Positions 30,672 through 38,105 of a stretch of DNA of 64,000 nt are shown piece by piece. Source of the stretch: an uncultured bacterium (GTDB taxonomy: Bacteria; Fidelibacterota; Marinisomatia; Marinisomatales; TCS56); NCBI GenBank assembly GCA_964439935.1, contig CAYTPW010000009.1:1623-65622 (forward strand). The letters run 5' to 3'. The notes under the pieces were generated by a model, which worked only from the letters and a program-made list of their open reading frames with translations, was not told the origin of the DNA and did not search any database. Made by a program: the position numbers and the translations under genes. Position 1 is the stretch's first letter; every line of letters starts with the position of its first letter.

Positions 30672-31857
30672 TATTTAAGGCAATCTGGCTACTCATTGCT
30701 TTATTTATCTTGCGATCATAAATGAATTGAAATTTCCGCGTGAAAGACTGTTGAGGACTGGCAAAACCAAAATAAACCAGTCCTACTGGTTTTGCCTTAG
30801 ATCCGCCACCCGGCCCAGCAATTCCAGTGGAGGAAATACCAATATCGGCACCAAGATTTTGGCGCACTCCCTCCGCCATTGCAATCGCGGTCTGTGAGCT
30901 GACCGCACCATGCTCGATCAATGTTTTTTCAGGAACACCAAGTTGCTCCATTTTTACCGCATTGCTATATGCAACAACACCGCCAAGCATATAGTTAGAA
31001 CTTCCCGGAACCTGTGTTAGACGGTGACTAATCAAACCTCCCGTGCACGACTCAGCCGTAGCAATGGTCAATTTTTGTTTTGTCAAAAATGATCCGACCA
31101 CGTTTTCCAGTTCATCCGCATCAAAGCCATAGATATAATCACCAGCACGCTCGATAATCTTGGACTCCAAGTCGTTTACAGCTGTGCGATCGTTACTAAT
31201 CAACCTGATGTCAACACCACCCAACCGTGGAAGCGAAGCAACGCTGACTGTTGGGTATGAATTATATAGATCGGTCAGCTTTTCCGCCAGGTGCGATTCG
31301 ATATTTCCAGCAGTACGGATTACCCTGATCTTACCGTTAAAACTAGCTGGCTTGATCAATGGCAGAATCGTTGCATTGAACATTGCCTTCATTTCTGCTG
31401 GTACACCGGGCAGCAGAAATAATCTGTATCGTTCGGATTTAAAAATAGCACCTCGTGCCGAACCAACCGGATTTGGGATTATTGAATGACCTGCCGGAAC
31501 CAGCGCCTGGTTACGGTTTATAGCGCCGATCTTGAAACCACGTCGGGCAAACCGCTCAGTTAATTCCTCCCAGTACACCTGATCAAATTCCAGCTCCGCT
31601 CCGTATACTTCTGTGATTGTCTTCAGCGTAATATCATCATGGGTTGGACCCAAACCCCCGGTTACAATCAATTCCCGGACATGTTCTGGCACCGAATTCA
31701 GCGCTGCTTTAATCGATTCAGTGCTATCACCGATAGACAGATGCCAGACTGGTGCTCGACCGATAATAGTCAACTCGCGCCCCAACCAGGAACCATTTGT
31801 ATCATCGATGAATCCCGTGAGCAGTTCATCTCCCACGGTAATTATCCCTACACTCAT
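30643..31857 (-). CDS. cinA: Competence/damage-inducible protein CinA (MoCF-like plus PncC nicotinamide-nucleotide amidase domains)
   Basis: 404 aa, N-terminal IITVGDELL..G and C-terminal ATAESCTGGL motif. Confidence 0.92.
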   Translation of the reverse strand: MSVGIITVGDELLTGFIDDTNGSWLGRELTIIGRAPVWHLSIGDSTESIKAALNSVPEHVRELIVTGGLGPTHDDITLKTITEVYGAELEFDQVYWEELTERFARRGFKIGAINRNQALVPAGHSIIPNPVGSARGAIFKSERYRLFLLPGVPAEMKAMFNATILPLIKPASFNGKIRVIRTAGNIESHLAEKLTDLYNSYPTVSVASLPRLGGVDIRLISNDRTAVNDLESKIIERAGDYIYGFDADELENVVGSFLTKQKLTIATAESCTGGLISHRLTQVPGSSNYMLGGVVAYSNAVKMEQLGVPEKTLIEHGAVSSQTAIAMAEGVRQNLGADIGISSTGIAGPGGGSKAKPVGLVYFGFASPQQSFTRKFQFIYDRKINKAMSSQIALNIVRLELENA

Positions 31858-32315
31858 AACCAGATAAATTTAATCAAGTGGGTAACTCCCAATGCATATA
31901 TTCCCGCCAGCAGATCATCGGTCATCACTCCCCAGCCTTTTGGCAAAGTTTGCAGTCGATTGATCGGCCAAGGTTTTAGAATATCAAATGCTCTGAAAAA
32001 TAAAAATGCTATCAATCCGATTAGCCAATTTTGTGGCAGGGCTATTAAAGCAAACCACTGCCCTACCCATTCATCCACAATAATATATCCCGGATCGTTA
32101 CTCCTGTGAAAATCCTCGACTTTGGTTGCCGACCAAACGCCGATAAAAAAAAGAATTATTGCCAAACCTATGAAAAGAGGCCATTCAATCACCGATTGTG
32201 GTAAAATCAACCAGGCCAGTACCGCTGCCAGGCTGCCCCAGGTTCCGGGTGCTCCAGGAATCCGGCCAATATTCCCGACAGTGGCAACCCACTCGGCCAG
32301 CTTAATATTACTCAC
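31854..32315 (-). CDS. pgpA: Phosphatidylglycerophosphatase A
   Basis: 153 aa, APGTWGSLAAV and DDLLAGIYA motifs. ATGA-type overlaps with both neighbours. Confidence 0.85.
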   Translation of the reverse strand: MSNIKLAEWVATVGNIGRIPGAPGTWGSLAAVLAWLILPQSVIEWPLFIGLAIILFFIGVWSATKVEDFHRSNDPGYIIVDEWVGQWFALIALPQNWLIGLIAFLFFRAFDILKPWPINRLQTLPKGWGVMTDDLLAGIYALGVTHLIKFIWL

Positions 32316-32908
32316 TGACCGATAGTAAAAAATTGTTTAATAGCACTCCGGTTACTCCTAATATAGGCGATGCCGGTAATCACTGTAAAAATAGTCATTA
32401 TCAATGTAATAACATAAATGAAATTATATTGTACAATCAGTTGAAGAATGAATTTCAATGGTTCAAGATTCAAAGCTTTCAAACCCAGAAAAACGAGTAT
32501 GAAGATAATAATTCCAATCTGTGTGCCTGTTTTTGCTTTAGCAATCTTGCTGGTGATCATAATGAATCCCCGCTGGGATATTACAATTCGCAGACCGGTT
32601 ACGAACAGATCTCGGAATACAATTAGGGCAACCATCCAGTATTCGACAACTCCCATTACGGCAAATGATATAAAGGCCGACGAGACCAGAATTTTATCTG
32701 CCAGTGGATCCAAAAATCGGCCGGCTTCGGTCACCTGATCATTCTTGCGGGCTAGATAACCGTCATATGCATCGGTAATTGATGCGACAACAAATATAAT
32801 TAATGCCCAGGTTTTGGCCCAGGGATGATCATAGAACAAGCAAATGATGAAAAAAGGTGTCATTAATATGCGCCCGATAGTTAAAATATTTGGCAAAGTC
32901 ATTAACAT
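32312..32908 (-). CDS. pgsA: CDP-diacylglycerol--glycerol-3-phosphate 3-phosphatidyltransferase
   Basis: CDP-alcohol phosphatidyltransferase motif DGYLAR...G...DPLADK in a 198-aa polytopic protein. Confidence 0.9.
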   Translation of the reverse strand: MLMTLPNILTIGRILMTPFFIICLFYDHPWAKTWALIIFVVASITDAYDGYLARKNDQVTEAGRFLDPLADKILVSSAFISFAVMGVVEYWMVALIVFRDLFVTGLRIVISQRGFIMITSKIAKAKTGTQIGIIIFILVFLGLKALNLEPLKFILQLIVQYNFIYVITLIMTIFTVITGIAYIRSNRSAIKQFFTIGQ

Positions 32909-33498
32909 AATGCTGTTCTACCTTCTATTGCTCTAATTAAAGTCGCGTCATCGGTATATTCCAGATCGCTGCCGACTGGAAGACCGCGCGCCAGCCTGGT
33001 GACGTATGCGCCACGTGAATTTAACAATTTAGCCAGATATAATGCAGTGGTCTCACCTTCAACACTGGGATTAGTTGCTACTATTATTTCACTATCCGCA
33101 TTTATTCGCGGTAATAAAGAATCAATATTCAAGTCATCCGGGCCGACACCGTCAAGCGGCGATAATACACCTCCGAGAACATGATAAATCCCCTGGTAAC
33201 TATTCGTTCTCTCAAATGCATATATGTCCGCTGGATCTTCGACAATGCAGATCAGGTTTTTATTGCGCTTTGAATCCAGACAGATCTCACAAGTATTCTG
33301 CTCGGTTATTCCGCCGCATACATCGCAAAAGATGATTTTAGTTTTCATCTCCATCACGGCCTGAGCCAGGTTAGCAGCTGCTTCATCAGACGAGTTCAAA
33401 AGGTGAAAAGCCATCCGGCGCGCAGTTTTTCGACCAATACCAGGAAATTTGGCAAACTGCTCGATTAATCGATTTACAGTGTCTGGTACGAAACCCAC
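32902..33498 (-). CDS. recR: Recombination protein RecR
   Basis: 198 aa with a helix-hairpin-helix N-terminus, a C4 zinc finger (CDVCGGITEQNTCEIC) and a Toprim domain. Confidence 0.96.
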   Translation of the reverse strand: MGFVPDTVNRLIEQFAKFPGIGRKTARRMAFHLLNSSDEAAANLAQAVMEMKTKIIFCDVCGGITEQNTCEICLDSKRNKNLICIVEDPADIYAFERTNSYQGIYHVLGGVLSPLDGVGPDDLNIDSLLPRINADSEIIVATNPSVEGETTALYLAKLLNSRGAYVTRLARGLPVGSDLEYTDDATLIRAIEGRTALC

Positions 33499-33501
33499 AG
33501 T

Positions 33502-33828
33502 TTACACTCCCGGTATCTTTAAGCCTGACAGCATACCGCCGGTAGCGGAATTCATTCTGGTCTGTGATTCTTCCTGAGACTTGCGCAATCCCATGTTTAC
33601 AGCAGAAATAACTAGATCTTCCAGCATTTCAACATCCTCTTCCAACGCTTCCGGCTGGATCTTCAATTCTAAAAGTTCCTGTTTGCCATTTACCTGCACT
33701 TTTACGAGACCACCACCGGCCTCAGCTTCCACGATCAAGTCCTCCAATTCATTCTGTACCGACTCGATTCGTTTCTGAACATCCTGGGCTTGTTTTAAAA
33801 TATTTGTCATATTTCCTTTATTGAACAT
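33502..33828 (-). CDS. ybaB: Nucleoid-associated protein YbaB/EbfC
   Basis: 108 aa in the conserved dnaX-ybaB-recR position, with the GGGLVKVQVNGKQEL motif. Confidence 0.92.
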   Translation of the reverse strand: MFNKGNMTNILKQAQDVQKRIESVQNELEDLIVEAEAGGGLVKVQVNGKQELLELKIQPEALEEDVEMLEDLVISAVNMGLRKSQEESQTRMNSATGGMLSGLKIPGV

Positions 33829-33836
33829 CTTAACTC

Positions 33837-35555
33837 CTATCGAATTTGTTCTCCATCAAATAATTCTACAATTCTGTCAACAACCGCTTCCCGATGTTCC
33901 GCCTGCCCCTGATCATCAGATGCAACATCAGGTATCTCTACTTCCATATCGGGCTGCGAATCGATCTCCAGACTTTTGTCTATCTCAATAAATTTAACTG
34001 TTACTGAAAAATCAATCTGCCGCTTTATTATCGCTTCAATCTGATGTTTCTTTTTCTCGATCAGATCCAGGTTGAAACGGGACTGGCCTTCTACACCAAT
34101 CACTATCTGATTATTCTCAATAGCATTAATCCGGCTTTGTTCCAGGATATTTCCAACCGAAGCGCTTTCTTTTTGTATATCCGATAAAATGGCACTCCAT
34201 TTTCCCTGGAGCATTTCCGGTATGAGTGTATTTTCGACCGGCTGCTCACTGGATTGCTCCGTAGGTCCTGATTCAACCTGCTCAGCATTTACCGGTACCT
34301 GCGGTCGTGACTTTCCACTTACCGGATCCGCTCCCGATTTGGTACTAGCTTGAGTATCGCTATCCTCGATCGCTGGCTTGTTGTGCACAGTTGATTTTTT
34401 GGGAGTAAGAACCGGTTTTGGCAGTGATTCAGTTGGTAATTGTGTCAATAATTGGTCTATTGAAATTGAAGCATCCATCTCCAGTAGTTTTAGGACCAGA
34501 ACCTCAATCAGCAAGTAGGGATTATTTGAACGACGCAGGACTTGTTCTACTTCCAGGAGCAGATTGGCAATACGTAGCAAGTCACGTCGATCCCAGGAAA
34601 CCGCATCATCCAAATATCGCTGAGCCAATTCATCAGTCAAGCCTATTACCTTGTGTCCGTCCGGTAAGGTGGCATACAGCAAATTCCGAATATGTTGGCT
34701 AAAACCATTGATAAATTCAGCCACAGGTGTTCCCGATAGTTGAATATCCTCAATCAATTTTAGTGCATCAATGGATGATCTGGTCTTGATTGAATTTGAC
34801 AAACTAAAATGTAAATCAAATGGAATAATTCCAAGTACCTTAATCGTGGCCTTGTATGTAATTGTATCGCCACAGTAGGCTATAACCTGATCCAGATAAC
34901 TCAATCCATCCCGCATGCTGCCATCGGCTTTACGTGCCAGGGCTTGAAGAGCTTCTGCCTCGCAAACAACACCTTCATCCTTTAAAACCTGTTCTAACCG
35001 ATCAGCGATAATATTTACAGTAATTCGATTGAAATCATAGCGCTGGCAGCGTGAAATTATTGTCAGTGGAACCTTGTGGATATCGGTAGTCGCCAGGATA
35101 AATTTACCATGTTCAGGCGGCTCTTCTAATGTTTTCAGTAATGCATTAAAAGCGGGACCGGTTAGCATGTGCACTTCATCAATAATAAAAATCTTATATG
35201 GGGAATTAATAGGAGCATATTTAATCATTTCGCGCAGATTGCGAATTTCCTCGATCCCCCGATTAGAAGCCCCATCGATCTCCAGAACATCCATATTACG
35301 ACTGTCAGCAATTTCAGTACAATTGCTACATTGATTGCAGGGATTACTGGTATGATCATTCTTACAGTTCAATGCAGCAGCTAAAATTCGTGCCGTGGTT
35401 GTTTTACCTACTCCCCGTGGACCGGTAAACAAATATGCCTGTGCAATCCGCTCCTTTTTGAAAGCATTGACCAGCGTATCGGTTACATGTTCCTGTCCAA
35501 CAACATCATCAAATGTTTTCGGTCGCCATTTAAGGGATAATACTTGGTATGCCAT
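33837..35555 (-). CDS. dnaX: DNA polymerase III subunit gamma/tau
   Basis: 572 aa, GPRGVGKTT Walker A, a zinc module (CNQCSNC), DEVHML and SRCQ. Confidence 0.95.
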   Translation of the reverse strand: MAYQVLSLKWRPKTFDDVVGQEHVTDTLVNAFKKERIAQAYLFTGPRGVGKTTTARILAAALNCKNDHTSNPCNQCSNCTEIADSRNMDVLEIDGASNRGIEEIRNLREMIKYAPINSPYKIFIIDEVHMLTGPAFNALLKTLEEPPEHGKFILATTDIHKVPLTIISRCQRYDFNRITVNIIADRLEQVLKDEGVVCEAEALQALARKADGSMRDGLSYLDQVIAYCGDTITYKATIKVLGIIPFDLHFSLSNSIKTRSSIDALKLIEDIQLSGTPVAEFINGFSQHIRNLLYATLPDGHKVIGLTDELAQRYLDDAVSWDRRDLLRIANLLLEVEQVLRRSNNPYLLIEVLVLKLLEMDASISIDQLLTQLPTESLPKPVLTPKKSTVHNKPAIEDSDTQASTKSGADPVSGKSRPQVPVNAEQVESGPTEQSSEQPVENTLIPEMLQGKWSAILSDIQKESASVGNILEQSRINAIENNQIVIGVEGQSRFNLDLIEKKKHQIEAIIKRQIDFSVTVKFIEIDKSLEIDSQPDMEVEIPDVASDDQGQAEHREAVVDRIVELFDGEQIR

Positions 35556-35577
35556 GCAATTTTATTAGTGTTAAGAA

Positions 35578-35856
35578 TGCAGTCGTGCACCATCGCTTGA
35601 CCAGTCTGGAGATTCATCTGATCGCAATAGTTGGCTCCCCTTCAGGATACCGCCACCAATTGACTTCAACACCTACCGCTGCTCCTTTCCAGGCCTGACG
35701 GGATTTAGCGTAAAACCATTGCAACGGTTTGAAGTTTCAACGCCACTTTTCACGATTGCTGAATACAGCACCGGCCGTACTTTGGAGTTAAACCCTGCTG
35801 TAGCGGATTGCAGGTTACAGGGCACCGCTACCTCCCCGTCTAGCACGACCACAATG
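35578..35856 (-). ncRNA. ffs: Signal recognition particle RNA, long (Alu-domain-containing, Bacillus-type) form; ends approximate
   Basis: The minus strand contains the helix-8 core GTCAGGCCTGGAAAGGAGCAGCGGTAGG (compare E. coli GUCAGGUCCGGAAGGAAGCAGC). Its 5' segment GTCGTGCTAGACGGGGAGGTAGCGGTGCCCTGTAACCTGCAATCCGCTACAGCAGGG resembles my recollection of the B. subtilis scRNA Alu domain. The 3' end GGTGCACGAC can pair with the 5' GTCGTGC. It lies directly upstream of dnaX, as scr does in Bacillus. Confidence 0.8.
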
Positions 35857-35891
35857 TCAATTAACGCTCTGGTTTTCGTCTAATTCTAACG

Positions 35892-35964
<73 letters not shown>

Positions 35965-36212
35965 ATTTGAAAATCAAATTGGGACTCAGCAAGCTTTTCG
36001 ATGAATTCTTGGCAGTTATCTGGATTTACAGCCCCAATGGTCAAATGTCAATTCAAAGAGCGGTGGCGAATTTACAAGTATGCTCTTACCAAGTCTAACC
36101 AAAATATTGCCCGGAAAATGGTTTACGGAAAATATCTGCCATCGATTATTCTCCTTAATCGTAAACTCAATCTATCTTCCTAAAAAAATACTCTTTAACA
36201 AATCTTAGCATA

Positions 36213-36590
36213 TCAATAATAAATCACAATTTTTATTTCATCCAATTCGATCCAATCCCAGAAATTCGATCGATCGAGTTTGATGACGCCGTCTTGAAAG
36301 CTGAATCGCACACGTTTGCGATACAGTGACTCGGTAAACCACTGCGAATTATTTCTTTTGTAATAAATCGCTATATATGGCGGACTGTCGGCTTTGAAAT
36401 CTGGTATTATCAGAGTACAAATCGCCTCGTTAAACTCCCCTTCTTCAGTAATAAATTCCACCTTGGTAAAACTGTATACGCGCTTGGTAAGATTTGTGTA
36501 ATCCCGGTACTTGTGAATTGATTGGCAATCAGCCCATGGCGAACAGGCACAAATTATTGCCAGAAGTAATATACCGTTCCGCCAATACAT
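36213..36590 (-). CDS. Hypothetical exported protein
   Basis: 125 aa with an N-terminal signal-like segment (GILLLAIICACSPWADC). Last gene of the 42815->36213 co-directional block. Confidence 0.55.
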   Translation of the reverse strand: MYWRNGILLLAIICACSPWADCQSIHKYRDYTNLTKRVYSFTKVEFITEEGEFNEAICTLIIPDFKADSPPYIAIYYKRNNSQWFTESLYRKRVRFSFQDGVIKLDRSNFWDWIELDEIKIVIYY

Positions 36591-36636
36591 GATTGTATAA
36601 CAACTCGAACCCAGATCTTATTTCTGTCCGGGAAGC

Positions 36637-37014
36637 TTAACTTTTTTTCTGCTCCAGCATCTCCAATCGACGTTCCCACTCACTCATTTCCCGCGCCGGT
36701 TCTTCTGTTTCTTCCTCGGCAGGTTCTTCTTCAACTATCTCAGTTTCACTTTCCTGATGTTGAATCATATTCTGTAGTTGTTCCCGGCGGGTCAGTGACC
36801 GCTGTTTTAATTCCACCAGCATTTCATTGACTTCATTATCAAATTCAGCGATTGTCCGCTCCAGGCGATTCAATAATTCATCCTGCAGAGATACACCATA
36901 CTGGGAACCAATATTTTCCAGGATGTTGCCCAGTTTTTCACTGATATAATTTGCTGCATCAATTTCTGGTGCTGGTTTGGGAGCTGTTTTGTTGGTTGTC
37001 TTTGCCACTGGCAT
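36637..37014 (-). CDS. Small acidic coiled-coil protein (paralog of 16714-17046)
   Basis: 125 aa, core YGVSLQDELLNRLERTIAEFDNEVNEMLVEL...REQLQNMI, an E-rich tract, then MSEWERRLEMLE. Separated by 8 nt from the upstream gene. Confidence 0.65.
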   Translation of the reverse strand: MPVAKTTNKTAPKPAPEIDAANYISEKLGNILENIGSQYGVSLQDELLNRLERTIAEFDNEVNEMLVELKQRSLTRREQLQNMIQHQESETEIVEEEPAEEETEEPAREMSEWERRLEMLEQKKS

Positions 37015-37022
37015 GTAACCTC

Positions 37023-37823
37023 CTATTCTTCAATATTAATGATTTTCTGCACTTCTTCTGGTGAAAGGGTAAAATGTGTTTTAGGACTGGTGAGAATATT
37101 GACCGCCTCATACATCTCCCGTCCTCCAAGTAGACCTAGCAGTATACCCATAAAACGGTAGTGCCAGCCCATTTCGGGTACAGGATTGGTATGGCCATTC
37201 CAGACTTCAGCCAATCCCAATCCCATCAAAGCACCTGCCGTATAAATCCATTTACGCCAACCATATCGGATATTAAAGAATTCGCGATATGCTATTCCAC
37301 TAACTTGATGGTAGGGAAAATCCAGGACTTGAACAGGAGTCTGGATTTGAAGAGAATGGTCAACAGATGGTAGTAAAATTCCACGGATCTTTTTACCGCT
37401 GACGTGTTTGATGATAACATATTGTCCGGTGGGTATCTCCTCCAGAATTTCACTCGTTCTTAAATATGTTAGATTTTCATAAATCTCTTGCCGATCCTTC
37501 ATCGTAATAGCCGGTTTACGATCAATCATGTGTTTTAACCTGATAAATTTATCGAAAGTATAATTCAGGGTTTTAATTTTGATCCTTCCAGATTTCAGAT
37601 AGGCAATTTTCACTTGGTAAGTATCATCAGGCAATGCAAAAATCTGGGCGCTCTCAAACCCAATCACATCTTGGAAGATTCCAAAAACGATATTCTCTTC
37701 CGCATCGATTGTTGTGCCAACCTTGGCGCTGAGAGGTATGATCTCCGGTGACTGGGAAGTTGCCCAACTTGCCAGTAATAAACCGATAATCAGGATTGTC
37801 TTATAAAACCGCCAGCAATTCAT
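37023..37823 (-). CDS. Hypothetical envelope protein (signal peptide plus C-terminal Gly-rich hydrophobic helices)
   Basis: 266 aa, signal TILIIGLLLASWATSQS. The C-terminus has two hydrophobic segments (IYTAGALMGLGLAEVW; FMGILLGLLGG). Overlaps the SelW-like gene by 23 nt. Confidence 0.6.
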   Translation of the reverse strand: MNCWRFYKTILIIGLLLASWATSQSPEIIPLSAKVGTTIDAEENIVFGIFQDVIGFESAQIFALPDDTYQVKIAYLKSGRIKIKTLNYTFDKFIRLKHMIDRKPAITMKDRQEIYENLTYLRTSEILEEIPTGQYVIIKHVSGKKIRGILLPSVDHSLQIQTPVQVLDFPYHQVSGIAYREFFNIRYGWRKWIYTAGALMGLGLAEVWNGHTNPVPEMGWHYRFMGILLGLLGGREMYEAVNILTSPKTHFTLSPEEVQKIINIEE

Positions 37824-38022
37824 CTAATTCCGGAAAACGTCCCGATTCTTTTTTTGAGAAAATCAGTTTATCATTTTTGGTCACCTCAAAAACGCCGCCT
37901 CCGGAAGGAATTAACGTCATTGACTTAATCTTATTTCCATATTTAGTTAAAATGTCCACAGCCACACTGGCTGCTCTAGGTAAATAATTTCAGGCATTAC
38001 AATATTCAATGCTTACATGCAT
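37801..38022 (-). CDS. Rdx-family (SelW/SelT/SelH-like) selenoprotein; UGA at 37992..37990 read as selenocysteine
   Basis: Not in the ORF track. My translation is MHVSIEYCNA-U-NYLPRAASVAVDILTKYGNKIKSMTLIPSGGGVFEVTKNDKLIFSKKESGRFPELDELLAVL* (73 codons). It has the CxxU redox motif, the GGGVFEV...LIFSKK..GRFPE pattern typical of bacterial SelW-like proteins, an AAAGGAG RBS 11 nt upstream of the ATG and a hairpin downstream of the UGA. Confidence 0.8.
37958..37974 (-). promoter_or_regulatory. Candidate bacterial SECIS hairpin
   Basis: On the mRNA, 15 nt after the UGA: GCAGCCA-GUG-UGGCUGU. This gives a 6-7 bp stem with G and U in the apical loop, consistent with bSECIS spacing and loop rules. 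Confidence 0.55.
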
Positions 38023-38105
38023 AAATTACTAAACTCCTTTCTTCTAGGTGATTTTACCTTTCAATTTTAGTACTAAACCAGACAGATTTTAAACACTTGA
38101 GTTGA

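Noticed and set aside
34395-34400. A6 run (CCC AAA AAA TCA) in dnaX as a possible gamma/tau frameshift or slippage site
   Set aside because: It is not a canonical X XXY YYZ heptamer in the zero frame, and I saw no downstream stem-loop. A second site, GAG AAA AAG near 34050, is too close to the C-terminus to give a meaningful gamma. Evidence is insufficient.
36001-36183. 60-aa plus-strand ORF between tRNA-Ala and the envelope block
   Set aside because: No RBS, no recognizable motif, and it sits in an AT-rich spacer opposite to all neighbours. Treated as non-coding.
37796-37987. 63-aa plus-strand ORF
   Set aside because: It is the antisense shadow of the SelW-like selenoprotein gene. The minus-strand reading has an RBS and strong family motifs; the plus-strand product has neither.
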